Below are positions 1 to 10,580 of a stretch of 64,000 nt of DNA, one piece after another. A program made the translations under genes and the position numbers. The first letter of the stretch is position 1, and each line of letters starts with the position of its first letter. This stretch comes from Bacilli bacterium (GTDB lineage Bacteria; Bacillota_I; Bacilli_A; RFN20; CAG-826), in NCBI GenBank assembly GCA_045628045.1, contig JAZQOV010000003.1:32001-96000 (forward strand). Reading direction: 5' to 3'. The notes under the pieces are model-generated. The model worked only from the letters and a program-made list of their open reading frames with translations, did not search any database and was not told the origin of the DNA.

Positions 1-1219
1 AGGCATCATCACGAATATGAATTTTATAAGAACATTTAAATGGTTCTTCATAACCTTTCACTTTAAGTGAAATTACTACGTCTTTAGCTTCATGACTTGC
101 AAGATCTAATGAAGGATAATTGAATGTTAAATTTTGATTTTTTTGTTCTTCTTCAATGTTAACTGGGAAGGTTGTTCCTCTAGTTGTAACTTTTTGAAGT
201 TTGATTCCTTCTTCTGAGAAAATTGAGCCTTTTGTATAATCAACAATGTGTTTTGAATCTGGCGCAATTTCAATTCTTTCTATCTTTTCAACTTGATATA
301 AAATCATTATTGATTTTAAGTAGACTGCACCTGGTTTTTTATAACTTGGATCATCTTCGCGGCTAGAATCGTATTCTGGTGTTTCAAAATCAATAGAAAT
401 TTTGCCAGCTGCAGAACAAGATGGTGATTCAAGTGTTCCAATGACATCATAATCATCTTTTTCAACAGTAACGTTATTAAATACAGTAAGATCACCAACT
501 TTTACAGTCATTTTTGCAAGTGAATTCGCAGATGCTGCTTCAATAATAATTTTACTAACTAAACGGTCATTTTCTGTTTCTAAATGAACGTGTGTTTCTG
601 GAGCAGATCCTTTACCAAATCCAATTGCACCCATGCTTGTTTGTAAGGAAGAAGCTATGCTTCTTGAATAAGACCAATCCTTGCCGTTCAATTTGGCGAC
701 ACCATCAGTAGTGCCTTCTTTTGGGCCTTGAGAGTTGTAGCCGAATTGGGCTCTGTCAGAAGATGCATATTGCCAAAGATAAGCATTTTCTTCATCAAAA
801 TCGATAACTTTAATAGTAAATGTTTTCTCTAAATCGTAATTGAAAACATTAGTTGCTGTAACTTTAACGTTTCCTTCCTTAACACCAAGAATTGTTGCTT
901 TTCTTGAATCTTTTGAATCAACTGTTAATGTTGCATATGACTCGCCTTCTACCTTCCAAGAAAATTCTTTTTCACTATCAATTGTTGGGCTTGGTGATAA
1001 AGTCATTTTTAATTCTTTGGTTTCACCAACCTTTAGATAGAATGGGGCGTTTGGCTCAGCACTTGTTGATGTAGCATGTTGAGTAATTGGATCTGGATTA
1101 ACATCATCAATTATAGTTTGATGGTCAACATGAACTTGTTCTTTCTTGTTGAAAAAAGATATTTCACAAGAACAAAGCATAAATATTGTAGGAATAAAGG
1201 TTAGGAATTTCTTCTTCAT
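1..1219 (-). CDS. Surface lipoprotein with Ig-like domains (3' end runs off the window)
   Basis: Not in the ORF track because it is truncated. ATG at 1219 follows AGGAG. MKKKFLTFIPTIFMLCSC has a lipobox; LKVGETKELKMTLSP...WKVE and VDYTKGSIFSEEGIKL resemble bacterial Ig-like segments. Confidence 0.75.
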   Translation of the reverse strand, partial: MKKKFLTFIPTIFMLCSCEISFFNKKEQVHVDHQTIIDDVNPDPITQHATSTSAEPNAPFYLKVGETKELKMTLSPSPTIDSEKEFSWKVEGESYATLTVDSKDSRKATILGVKEGNVKVTATNVFNYDLEKTFTIKVIDFDEENAYLWQYASSDRAQFGYNSQGPKEGTTDGVAKLNGKDWSYSRSIASSLQTSMGAIGFGKGSAPETHVHLETENDRLVSKIIIEAASANSLAKMTVKVGDLTVFNNVTVEKDDYDVIGTLESPSCSAAGKISIDFETPEYDSSREDDPSYKKPGAVYLKSIMILYQVEKIERIEIAPDSKHIVDYTKGSIFSEEGIKLQKVTTRGTTFPVNIEEEQKNQNLTFNYPSLDLASHEAKDVVISLKVKGYEEPFKCSYKIHIRDDA

Positions 1220-1311
1220 ACGCAACTCCTTATAAATTATTTATATTATAGCAATAAAAACGCGCGCATTGTAGCGCATTTAGCGTTTGTGCGTGCAAAT
1301 ATAAGAATTAA

Positions 1312-2871
1312 TTAATCTTTAGTGATATAATCACTAATTCTAAATTCAATTGAGGTAACGTCTCTAAAGACAGATGTGGTTAAATTGCCAAAAATATCTA
1401 ACTTCAAATGCGATTTGATTTCAGAATCTTTCATGTTAAAACCAAGTATTTTTGAATTAATAGAAATTGGGGTAGAAAGATGTTTTCCTTGGCTAATAAA
1501 TTGAAGTGATTTTGTTGGTAAATCTTTAATTGAAAATAATGGTTCAGGGAAACCCATTCCAAATGGAGAAAATTTGCGTAAAATTTCGTAATTTCTGAAA
1601 TTAATTTCTTGTAAATCTAGCTCAATAGATGGGAGCTCTTCATTAATAAATTTATGATCTTTACATAGAGCTATAAAATCAGTTTTAAAATTCTCAAAAT
1701 CACATGCTTTTATTGTAAGACCGCCGGCCAAAGCGTGTCCTCCACCAGCGACCAAATATTTTTCTAAAGATTCAAAAGCTTTTTGAACATTAAATCCTTC
1801 TTTTGATCTAATGCTTCCTTTTAGGAAGTTTTTGTCATTTGAGTCTTCTGTGAAAATAATTGCTGGAACATTATATTCGTTTAAAAGCCTATTCGCGATA
1901 AGTCCAATAAGTCCTTCTTTGATGTCTAATTTTAAGACTATTCCATCTTCAAAAAGTTGGTCTTTCGGAAGAGCTTCAACAGCCTCTTTTGTAAGGGTTT
2001 TTCTGAGTTCATTTGTATTCTTTATCCATGAAGAAATCTTGAAAATTTCATCAGGATTCTCGCTAACCATAAATTTAACTAACAAATTGATATTTTTATC
2101 TTCGACTAATCTTCCGATTGCATTAATTTTAGGCGCAATTTCAAGACCAAAAGTTTTTTCAGTAATAATCGGTGAATCAACAAGTGACATAAGGGCAGAA
2201 TATTTATTATTCTTTAAGTTTTCTAAAGCAAGTTTAACGACAACACGATTAAATTTCTGAAGTTCCATCATGTCAGAAATAGTGCTTAGTCCTGCAAGAG
2301 TAACTAAATAAGGATCATAACCATCAAGTAATGCAGCAGAAACAAGTAAAGACATAAATCCACCACAGCCATATATATCTGAAAATTCAGATATAATTGG
2401 ATGAATAATTCCCTTTGCGTTGACTTGAACTTCTGGGGCTTCATGATGGTCGATTACAAGAACATCTATGCCAAGTTCATTAGCTTTATCAATGGCCTCA
2501 TTTTGGCAAATGCCATTATCAACAGTGATTATTAATTTAAATCCTGCCTTGCTAATCTTTTCTACATTTGCGACATTTAATCCATAGCCATCTGTATAGC
2601 GAATAGGCAAATAATAACTAACAGGATAATTTAATTTTTCAAATGTTTTGACCATGATTGATGTCGAACAAACTCCATCACAATCATAATCACCATAAAC
2701 AATTATTTTTTCATTATTTTTGATAGCCTCAAAAATTCTATTTTTAACATTATCCATTCCTTTTATGTGAGAAAAATCAGGAAGATCTTTTTCACTAACT
2801 TCTTCAGTAAGTTTCAAATAATCTTCGCTTGTTAAATTATAATAATTAAGAAGCTTATCAATGAATTCCAT
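1312..2871 (-). CDS. recJ: Single-stranded-DNA-specific exonuclease RecJ
   Basis: DHH-family motifs YGDYDCDG, ITVDNG, DHH and GGHALAGG. Confidence 0.95.
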   Translation of the reverse strand: MEFIDKLLNYYNLTSEDYLKLTEEVSEKDLPDFSHIKGMDNVKNRIFEAIKNNEKIIVYGDYDCDGVCSTSIMVKTFEKLNYPVSYYLPIRYTDGYGLNVANVEKISKAGFKLIITVDNGICQNEAIDKANELGIDVLVIDHHEAPEVQVNAKGIIHPIISEFSDIYGCGGFMSLLVSAALLDGYDPYLVTLAGLSTISDMMELQKFNRVVVKLALENLKNNKYSALMSLVDSPIITEKTFGLEIAPKINAIGRLVEDKNINLLVKFMVSENPDEIFKISSWIKNTNELRKTLTKEAVEALPKDQLFEDGIVLKLDIKEGLIGLIANRLLNEYNVPAIIFTEDSNDKNFLKGSIRSKEGFNVQKAFESLEKYLVAGGGHALAGGLTIKACDFENFKTDFIALCKDHKFINEELPSIELDLQEINFRNYEILRKFSPFGMGFPEPLFSIKDLPTKSLQFISQGKHLSTPISINSKILGFNMKDSEIKSHLKLDIFGNLTTSVFRDVTSIEFRISDYITKD

Positions 2872-2877
2872 AAAAAG

Positions 2878-2900
2878 AAAAAGGGCTAAAAGCCCTTTTA
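2878..2900 (-). terminator. Intrinsic terminator after secDF
   Basis: AAAAGGGC-tttta-GCCCTTTT hairpin followed by a T-rich tract on the minus strand. Confidence 0.6.
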
Positions 2901-5594
2901 TTAATCGTTAATACCAATGAAGATCGTTTCTTCAGGTTCGCTTGTTTTCTTAACAACTTTTTCTGCTCTTCTCTTTTCAAAGAATTTAATCTTTGGAAGG
3001 TGGATCTTGCCAAATGCTTTGCCGAATGCATTTGATAAAGGACCAAGAATGCAAAGAACTGCAGCAACTGAGATAACTTCGCCAATAAGTGCAGAAGCAA
3101 ATAATAACACTGAGTTCTCAATACCGAATCCAAAGTAGTTAATGACAACATAAATGCTTGCTAACATAAACACAAACATTGGAGCTGCTGATCTTGAAAG
3201 AGCCTTAACCATAATTTCCTTACGGGAATTATCATCAAGATTTTGATGAGCTTCGCTAAGCATTGCTTTTTCAGTAGAAAGATAGAATAACGAAGCGAGC
3301 ATTGAGGTAATTGCAACAAGTGGCATTGCAACAGAAGTTAATGCTGTTGTACCAATGAAATGTAATCCAACCATTGCGCCATATGCAATCATTGTTGAAC
3401 CAGCGCTTGTAATAAGGAATGCAATTGCTCTTGATGGTCTAAATCTAAATGCAATATAGAGTGCAGCACCAGCAATTGCAATGCCTGTTGCTAATGCAAC
3501 AAATCCTTGGTTTGGAGTGTAAATCATTTCTTTTGAACTTCTAATAGAAACTGAGTTATTTTCGTTATAGCCAAGATTATCAGTAATGTTTTGCAACATT
3601 GTTGCTTCTAAGTCTTCGGCTGAGAAGTTTTCTGGAATTTCAAAATTTTGAATTGAAATGAAATAAGATGTAATTGTCTTTGATTCAGTTTCATCATATT
3701 GGAAGACAGAAACTTCTTTAAGTTCGAAATCTTCTCCGATGGTTGTTTTTTCTTCAAGACCTGTATCTTTTAAGGCATATTTAATAAATGTGCCTTCATC
3801 ATTAATTAAACGATCATTTGAATCAACTGTTGAAACATCAAGATTTACATAACAAACATTTGTTTCTCTTACGGCATCTTCAACATTTAATGGGGATTTG
3901 CTTGGGCTTGTTACTCCAAAGTAAATAATGCATACAAGTGCGCCAATGCCTAAGATTCCAAAGATAGAACCGAAAAGTTTTCTTCTCTTTGTGAAATCAA
4001 CTTTATCATAAGGTCCTTCGTAAGTTACCTTTTCATCAGTAGACATTAAGTTTGAAACTTTAGCCTTATCAACATTAAATGCACCGTATTTATCTTGTAA
4101 ATTCGTTGAATTTGTAAGTAAATACATAAGGAACTTGAACACCAAGAGATTCATTAATAATGCGAATACTGCACCAAAGAATAAGACAACACCCATTGGT
4201 TTAAGTGCTGTATCGCCTAATGCATAAAGCATTAAACCAGAGAATGCCATAATTACGCTAGCATCAACTGTAAGTAAGTTTGCTTTCTTACTTGCTTCTT
4301 GATTTGATTTCTTAACAGAACGTCCTTTGTAAATTTCTTCTTTTAAACGATTTGTGTAAATAATCTGTCCAAATAATGATCCACCTGCTAGAGCAATTAA
4401 ACCAATAAGAGCTGGAATATTAAATAAGACTTGGATCTGATTTAAAACAAGGAATGTAATAAATAATGTTCCTAAAGTTGTTGAGACCATTGCGAGTGCG
4501 CTTAATCTATAGAAAACAACTAATAATAATGCAACAATGGCAATAGCAATCATTGATGCAATAAATGTTTTTGATTTATAATCAATAATCTTGTTTGTGC
4601 TTAAACCAACTAACTTTTCTGCTGATGGTGTTAAGACTCTAGCATTTTCGAAATAATCAATGGAACTTTGACCTGATGTGCCTGCTGAAACAGTTGCAGT
4701 TGGGCATGTAACTTCAAATGAATATTTCTTTGCCTTGAGCATGTTAACTAAATAGTTAGCTCTATCATTTTGGTCTCTAAGACCGCTTGTATCTAATTCA
4801 TTTGGATTGTCTGGTTTAACAGAAGCACACATGTAAATTAATTCTGTTTCTTTTTCTTTAGAATCAGGATTCCAAAGTGAATCGCCATCGCCGCTGAATG
4901 CTAATAAAATCTTTTCACGAGCAACTGGATCACTTTCAAGAGTTTTAATGCTCTCTCCACGGGTTTCATCAAGGTTTGCCCAAAGATAAATATAATTGCT
5001 TGGTGTCGAGGCTTCTTCTTCGCCTTCTGCTTTAGCAGCAGGCATTTTTGACTTAGTTGTTCCGCTTGATGAACCGGAACTGAATTCAGATAAAAGTGCC
5101 TTTACGTCAGCAATACCATCTTTTGTTAATGGAATATAAATGGTTGGAATCTTAGCTTGTCCTTTAGCTTCAACTCTAACATCATTTGGTTCAAATAATT
5201 TATGTTCATTTTTAATAGAGGAATTAGATTCAGAAGATGAGACTAAAGCAAAGCTTTCGCCTGAAAATGTTAAATATTTAGCAACGTAATTAAATTCTGA
5301 TTGTTTTAAGTTCATTGAAACAGCGACTTTGTCGTTGCCTTGAACTTTGATTGAGTAATCATCAACCTTATATTGTTTTAAACGATAAGTCATTTCATCA
5401 GCAATGATTTGAGCTCTATTTTCGTTATCGGCATTTGAATCGCCTTCACCAACATTAAAAACAATCTCACGATAATTTCTACCATAAGTAAATTCACGAC
5501 CTGTATTTAAGTTGGTCAATACTGGGGTTGCAGAAACTACAATAGCAAGAAGCATTGTAATTGATGCAATAATGTAACCTATTAATCTGCGCAT
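2901..5594 (-). CDS. secDF: Divergent fused SecD/SecF-like translocase subunit
   Basis: About 12 TM helices in two halves, each with a large extracytoplasmic loop. NLNTGREF-like N-terminal motif, NRLKEEIYKGRS and VDFTKRRK linker. Lies between ruvB and recJ, as secDF does in Bacillota. Confidence 0.8.
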   Translation of the reverse strand: MRRLIGYIIASITMLLAIVVSATPVLTNLNTGREFTYGRNYREIVFNVGEGDSNADNENRAQIIADEMTYRLKQYKVDDYSIKVQGNDKVAVSMNLKQSEFNYVAKYLTFSGESFALVSSSESNSSIKNEHKLFEPNDVRVEAKGQAKIPTIYIPLTKDGIADVKALLSEFSSGSSSGTTKSKMPAAKAEGEEEASTPSNYIYLWANLDETRGESIKTLESDPVAREKILLAFSGDGDSLWNPDSKEKETELIYMCASVKPDNPNELDTSGLRDQNDRANYLVNMLKAKKYSFEVTCPTATVSAGTSGQSSIDYFENARVLTPSAEKLVGLSTNKIIDYKSKTFIASMIAIAIVALLLVVFYRLSALAMVSTTLGTLFITFLVLNQIQVLFNIPALIGLIALAGGSLFGQIIYTNRLKEEIYKGRSVKKSNQEASKKANLLTVDASVIMAFSGLMLYALGDTALKPMGVVLFFGAVFALLMNLLVFKFLMYLLTNSTNLQDKYGAFNVDKAKVSNLMSTDEKVTYEGPYDKVDFTKRRKLFGSIFGILGIGALVCIIYFGVTSPSKSPLNVEDAVRETNVCYVNLDVSTVDSNDRLINDEGTFIKYALKDTGLEEKTTIGEDFELKEVSVFQYDETESKTITSYFISIQNFEIPENFSAEDLEATMLQNITDNLGYNENNSVSIRSSKEMIYTPNQGFVALATGIAIAGAALYIAFRFRPSRAIAFLITSAGSTMIAYGAMVGLHFIGTTALTSVAMPLVAITSMLASLFYLSTEKAMLSEAHQNLDDNSRKEIMVKALSRSAAPMFVFMLASIYVVINYFGFGIENSVLLFASALIGEVISVAAVLCILGPLSNAFGKAFGKIHLPKIKFFEKRRAEKVVKKTSEPEETIFIGIND

Positions 5595-5752
5595 AATCTT
5601 AATTCCTTTATGTAATAATATAGTTTTTCTAACGCGTAGATTTTACTACTTATTACTTTATAAGTAAAGAAATGAATTTCTATACATGTATTTTTTATTT
5701 GAAAAAATATAGAAAAAGTGTAGTTTCTATCGATATATTTTCTAAAAATTAA

Positions 5753-6745
5753 TCAAAGATTAAGAGAAGATAAATGTTCAATTCCTTTTGTGGTTAGCAC
5801 TCTGCCTTTAGCTGTTTTATCAATAAAACCTAGCATAAGAAGGAAGGGTTCGCACACCTCCTCTAAATTAGTAGAAACTTCTCCGATAGCATAAGCAATT
5901 GTATTCAATCCGACTGGTCCACCACTAAATCTATCTCTTAATGTTTTTAAATACATTATATCAACATCATCTAAACCCATATTATCAATGCCAAGAGCAT
6001 TTAATGCTCTTTTAGTATCAGAATAAGAAATAATGTTGGAATCTCTGAAGTTAGCAAAATCTCTAACGCGCTTAAAAATTCTATTCGCAATTCTTGGCGT
6101 TCCTCTTGATCTTATAGCGATTTCTTTTACTGATTTATTATCAATTGTCGTATTAAAGAAATTAGCGGTTCTTTTTACAACTTCAACAAGTTCTTCTACT
6201 TTGTAATAGTCAATTTTTAAAGAAATACCAAATCTCGCTCTTAAAGGAGATGATAAATCGCCCGACCTAGTAGTAGCACCAACTAAAGTAAAAGGTGGTA
6301 AATTAACGCTTAAAGAAGATGAACTTGTTTCTTTTGAAACAACAATATTAAGTTTATAATCTTCCATTGCACTATAAAGAACCTCTTCAACTATTCTTGG
6401 CATTCGATGAATTTCATCTATAAAAAGAATATCGCCTGGTTCTAAAGATGAAAGAATCGAAGCTAAATCACCAGGTCTTTCCAAAGATGGACCGCTAACA
6501 AGCTTAATATTTCCTTTCATCTCATTAGCAATAATATAAGCTAAGGTTGTTTTCCCAAGACCAGGAGGACCAAATAATAAAACATGATCCAAAACTTCTT
6601 CTCTAGAACGTGCTGCACCAATAAAAACTCTAAGATTCGACTTTAATATTTCTTGTCCTACATATTCATCCAACAGAGTTGGTCGTAAAGATTTTTCAAA
6701 GTTAATTTCGTTTTCAGAAATATTACAATCAGATATTTTTGACAT
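5753..6745 (-). CDS. ruvB: Holliday junction branch migration helicase RuvB
   Basis: LRP..LDEYVGQ, GPPGLGKTTLA, FIDEIHR, GATTR and SRGTPRIANR. Confidence 0.97.
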   Translation of the reverse strand: MSKISDCNISENEINFEKSLRPTLLDEYVGQEILKSNLRVFIGAARSREEVLDHVLLFGPPGLGKTTLAYIIANEMKGNIKLVSGPSLERPGDLASILSSLEPGDILFIDEIHRMPRIVEEVLYSAMEDYKLNIVVSKETSSSSLSVNLPPFTLVGATTRSGDLSSPLRARFGISLKIDYYKVEELVEVVKRTANFFNTTIDNKSVKEIAIRSRGTPRIANRIFKRVRDFANFRDSNIISYSDTKRALNALGIDNMGLDDVDIMYLKTLRDRFSGGPVGLNTIAYAIGEVSTNLEEVCEPFLLMLGFIDKTAKGRVLTTKGIEHLSSLNL

Positions 6746-7295
6746 TTTGAAGTCTCCTTAAAGCTTCTCTTAAAATATCTTCTTTTGACATGGTTTCAGA
6801 ATAAATAAGAGGAAGGATTTTATCTATTTCCTTAACTTTAAACTTAAGTCTTTTCAAAGCATCGCGAACTTCACTATATAAATCACTATGCTCACGAATT
6901 TGTTTTCGTAAATAATCTTTTAAGTCAATTACTATTTGCATAGCAATTCTTGGAGAAATTCCAGAAGTAGTTTCGATTAAATGGGCATTATTTTCTGAAA
7001 TTGCGTTAAGAAGTTGGCCATAAGTCATCTTCGACAAAATTGTAATTGCGCCTTTTGGACCTAACCCATTTACGCGAATCAAATATTTAAAAGCTTCTTT
7101 TTCGTTTTTGTCATTAAATCCAACCAAAAACTCATTATCTTCTCTTTTATGATGATATAAATCTAAACTAACTTCTTCATTTAAAGAATAAGATTTGGGC
7201 TTAGACACAAAAACTTCGAAACCTAAACCACAAGTTTCAACGACGATTGAATTCTTTTCGATTCGTGTAATTTTGCCTTTAATTGTACATAGCAT
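6729..7295 (-). CDS. ruvA: Holliday junction DNA-binding protein RuvA
   Basis: N-terminal OB fold, HhH motif LIRVNGLGPKGA, adjacent to ruvB. Confidence 0.93.
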   Translation of the reverse strand: MLCTIKGKITRIEKNSIVVETCGLGFEVFVSKPKSYSLNEEVSLDLYHHKREDNEFLVGFNDKNEKEAFKYLIRVNGLGPKGAITILSKMTYGQLLNAISENNAHLIETTSGISPRIAMQIVIDLKDYLRKQIREHSDLYSEVRDALKRLKFKVKEIDKILPLIYSETMSKEDILREALRRLQNVKNI

Positions 7296-7392
7296 AAAAG
7301 CACCTTTCCCGACAAAAGTCGAAGGTGTTTTTACTATTGTTTTTTATCTAAAATTATTATACAAAAAAACTTCCATAAATGGAAGTCTTTTC

Positions 7393-8121
7393 TTATCTTT
7401 TATATTCTTTTGGAGCAGGAATTGGATTTCTCTTATGCTCACTAACCTTATGAAGATGTTCAATTCTTTCTTTAATCTCTTTAGGAACTTTCTTTCCAAT
7501 TAAGAAATTATCTAAATCCTCATACTTAATTCCCATCTCTTTTTCGTCGGTTTGTCCTTCAAATAAACCAGCAGAAGGAACACGATTTGCTAAAACTGAT
7601 GATAAACCATAAATTTCAGCAGCTTCTCTAACTTCTTTTTTAGTTAAATAAACAATCGGAAGAACATCAACTGCACCATCGCCATATTTAGTGAAATAAC
7701 CAACATATCTTTCATCCATATTATCGGTTCCAAGCACTAAACCATTATGCTCTTGAGCATAAGCAAATAATGCAACCATACGCATTCTAACCTTAAGGTT
7801 AGATTTTGTTAACCTAATAAAATCTTTTCCTTTAAGATTTTTTAAATAAGATTTATATGTTTTTGTTAAATTTATAACCTCGAGATTTACATCTAATTGT
7901 CTAGCAACTTCTTTTGCATCAACAATATCTTGTTTATTTGATTCAATATCAATCGCATAACAAAATAATTTATCTTTTCCTACTGCTTTTTTTGCAATTG
8001 CTGCAACCAAAGAAGAATCGACTCCACCAGAAAGACCTAAAACATAGCTTTTCGCATGAGCTTCATTTAAATAATCTTTTAAAAACTTTTCAACTTCTTT
8101 TAAATATTTTGTAAGTTCCAT
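7393..8121 (-). CDS. nadE: NH3-dependent NAD+ synthetase
   Basis: LGLSGGVDS, NLKVRMRM, GYFTKYGDG and PSAGLFEGQTDE. Confidence 0.95.
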   Translation of the reverse strand: MELTKYLKEVEKFLKDYLNEAHAKSYVLGLSGGVDSSLVAAIAKKAVGKDKLFCYAIDIESNKQDIVDAKEVARQLDVNLEVINLTKTYKSYLKNLKGKDFIRLTKSNLKVRMRMVALFAYAQEHNGLVLGTDNMDERYVGYFTKYGDGAVDVLPIVYLTKKEVREAAEIYGLSSVLANRVPSAGLFEGQTDEKEMGIKYEDLDNFLIGKKVPKEIKERIEHLHKVSEHKRNPIPAPKEYKR

Positions 8122-8123
8122 AA

Positions 8124-9392
8124 TTATTCTAAGTATTCGAATTCAAAGTCACATAAAATGACAGTGTCTCCGTCCACCGCGCCTTTCTCTTTAAGAGCCT
8201 TTTCAACTTCAATCTTTTGAAGATATGAAATTAATTTCATTAAACCTTCATCAGTTGAAATGTTAATAAGTCCATAAGTTCTTTCAATTGATTCACCAAC
8301 GATTCTAAATACGTGATCTTTTTCATGAACAATTTCAAAGATTGGTTTACTTGAATCATAGGCATTATAAACTTTCGTGCCGGAAGGATTTTCTTCAGTT
8401 TCAAGTGGGAATCTATTTGTTGTAGAAAGCAATTCGTGGCATTTGTTTAAAATCTCTTCAACACCTAAATTTGTTAAGCTTGATAAAGAATAAACTTTGC
8501 CTTTAAAATGTTTCTTAAATTCTTTGAATTTATCACTAGCTTCATCAGAATCCATTTTACTTGCGACAACAATAAGTGGTCTTTTATCAAGTCCCATTCC
8601 ATATTGTTTTAATTCATTTTGAATAATTTTGTAATTTTCGTATGGATTTTCTTCTTCCATAGAAACAAGGTGAACAATAACACGACAACGTTCAAGATGT
8701 CTTAAAAATGCAAGACCAAGTCCTTTGCCATTTGAGGCTCCTTCGATTAGGCCTGGAAGATCTGCCATAACAAATGATCCAAGTTTTGAATTTACAACTC
8801 CAAGATTTGGTTCAATTGTCGTAAAAGGATAATCAGCAATTTCTGGATTTGCGTTACTAACAACACTTAAAAGTGTTGATTTTCCAGCATTTGGAAGTCC
8901 AACAAGTCCAACATCCGCTAAAAGTTTAAGCTCAAGAATTAATCTTTTGTTTTCACCTGGCAAACCATTCTCGGCAATACGAGGGCATTTATTTCTGTCG
9001 GATTTAAATGCAGCATTTCCACGACCGCCACGCCCGCCTTTTGCGATAGTAACCATTTGACCGTCTTCAGATAAATCACAAATAAATTTATGATCTTTTT
9101 CTTCGTAAACTACTGTTCCACAAGGAACGTCAACGATTACATCTTGTGCGCTATGGCCATATTTATTTTTTGGACCGCCTTTTTCGCCTTCTGGTCCGAT
9201 AAAAACTTTTGAATGTCTAAAATTAAATAAAGTGTTAATCGATTTGTTCGCTCTAAAAATAATGGAAGCTCCTCTTCCACCATTTCCTCCGGAAGGTCCA
9301 CCTTTTTCAACGCACTTCTCGCGAAGAAAAGCAATCATGCCATCTCCGCCTTTTCCGGATCTAACTTCAATAACAACTTTGTCTATGAACAT
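8124..9392 (-). CDS. obgE: GTPase ObgE/CgtA
   Basis: MFIDKV start at 9392 preferred over the track start at 9431. Gly-rich Obg domain, GLPNAGKST, YPFTT, DLPG and C-terminal GAVDGDTV...FEFEY. Confidence 0.97.
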   Translation of the reverse strand: MFIDKVVIEVRSGKGGDGMIAFLREKCVEKGGPSGGNGGRGASIIFRANKSINTLFNFRHSKVFIGPEGEKGGPKNKYGHSAQDVIVDVPCGTVVYEEKDHKFICDLSEDGQMVTIAKGGRGGRGNAAFKSDRNKCPRIAENGLPGENKRLILELKLLADVGLVGLPNAGKSTLLSVVSNANPEIADYPFTTIEPNLGVVNSKLGSFVMADLPGLIEGASNGKGLGLAFLRHLERCRVIVHLVSMEEENPYENYKIIQNELKQYGMGLDKRPLIVVASKMDSDEASDKFKEFKKHFKGKVYSLSSLTNLGVEEILNKCHELLSTTNRFPLETEENPSGTKVYNAYDSSKPIFEIVHEKDHVFRIVGESIERTYGLINISTDEGLMKLISYLQKIEVEKALKEKGAVDGDTVILCDFEFEYLE

Positions 9393-9420
9393 ACTTACAT
9401 TATACACGTAAGTGTACAAA

Positions 9421-9446
9421 AAAGACCACAATTTTATGTGGTCTTA
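9421..9446 (-). terminator. Terminator hairpin after rpmA
   Basis: AAGACCACA-atttta-TGTGGTCTT with a T-tract on the minus strand. Confidence 0.6.
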
Positions 9447-9465
9447 TTGATTTTTGTTTTTCTAA

Positions 9466-9747
9466 CTACTTTGCGTAGACAGAAGCACGTGTTTTGTTTT
9501 TACCGACTCTTTCGTATTTAACAATACCGTCGATTGTAGCAAAGATTGTGTCATCTCCGCCACGTTTTGCATTAACACCTGGAAGGATTTTGGTACCTCT
9601 TTGACGATAGATAATGCTGCCTGCATGACAGAATTCGCCATCTGATAATTTAGCACCTAATCTTTTTGATTCTGAATCGCGGCCGTTCTTTGTAGAACCG
9701 ACACCCTTTTTAGAAGCAAAGAGTTGAAGATCTAATATAAATAACAT
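9466..9747 (-). CDS. rpmA: 50S ribosomal protein L27 with cleavable N-terminal extension
   Basis: [10 protein letters not shown]|[15 protein letters not shown]. Confidence 0.98.
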   Translation of the reverse strand: MLFILDLQLFASKKGVGSTKNGRDSESKRLGAKLSDGEFCHAGSIIYRQRGTKILPGVNAKRGGDDTIFATIDGIVKYERVGKNKTRASVYAK

Positions 9748-9749
9748 AA

Positions 9750-10061
9750 CTAATTTCCTTTCTCGATTATTTGAAGGAACTTTTTACTCGTTTGTTCAAC
9801 AGTTTTGAATTGAACAACCATTGTTTCAAGCACTTCATAATCGTGTTCATTAGCATGACTAATTTCTTTAATTGATGCATCACCAGAATCTAATTTAATT
9901 GCAAAGCAATTAGGTTTAGATAAGGCGTTACAACCTCCCACAAGGATTGAACTTACTGCTGCGCAGACAAGGTCTTCTCCTTTTGGAGCAGAATTAGCAT
10001 GCCCTTTAACGGTTAGATTAATAATCTTTCCGTCTTTACGAGTTGCCTCAATTTTAATCAT
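9750..10061 (-). CDS. prp: Ribosomal-processing cysteine protease Prp
   Basis: GHA...[10 protein letters not shown] motif; lies between rplU and rpmA. Confidence 0.93.
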   Translation of the reverse strand: MIKIEATRKDGKIINLTVKGHANSAPKGEDLVCAAVSSILVGGCNALSKPNCFAIKLDSGDASIKEISHANEHDYEVLETMVVQFKTVEQTSKKFLQIIEKGN

Positions 10062-10064
10062 AAA

Positions 10065-10373
10065 TTAGGCAATTGATTCAACAAGTAAGCAAGTATATGG
10101 TTGTCTATGACCAATCATTCTACGTGCTGAATTGTGTTTAGCTTTGTATTTGTAGATGCGAATCTTTTTGCCAAGGCCGTTTTTAACAACTTTAGCGACA
10201 ACTTTTGCACCTTCAACGTATGGTGTACCAACTTTAACTTCTTTGTCAGCGACTAAGAGAACTTTGTCAAATGTGTACTTTTCGTTTTCCTTAACTTCAA
10301 GTTTTTCAACAAAAATCTTTTGTCCAACTTCAACGCGGACTTGTTTTCCACCAGTTTCAATTATAGCGTACAT
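10065..10373 (-). CDS. rplU: 50S ribosomal protein L21
   Basis: [11 protein letters not shown]...GHRQPYT. Confidence 0.98.
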   Translation of the reverse strand: MYAIIETGGKQVRVEVGQKIFVEKLEVKENEKYTFDKVLLVADKEVKVGTPYVEGAKVVAKVVKNGLGKKIRIYKYKAKHNSARRMIGHRQPYTCLLVESIA

Positions 10374-10394
10374 TTAAATACCTCTACTTTCTCA

Positions 10395-10480
10395 CTAAGG
10401 ACTCGCTATTAAGGTGTAATGACAAAGTCATTAACTTGATAAACCTTCTCTATGCGGTTGTAGCTCGTGAGGCGACAACG
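10395..10480 (-). ncRNA. L21 leader RNA
   Basis: Minus strand reads ...CTACAACCGC...AAGGT...ACCTT..TAGCGAGTC directly upstream of rplU, matching the Bacillota L21 leader pattern as recalled. Confidence 0.7.
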
Positions 10481-10580
10481 TTTATAATATTAATATTATC
10501 TTCATATTTTGTAAAGAATTTTATTTGTAATAAATCCTTTTTGGTTATTTGTATTATTGAAATGCAAAACTTAGGATTGC

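Noticed and set aside
9466-10061. L27 N-terminal extension and adjacent cysteine protease as a novelty
   Set aside because: This is the established Prp/L27 maturation system of Bacillota.
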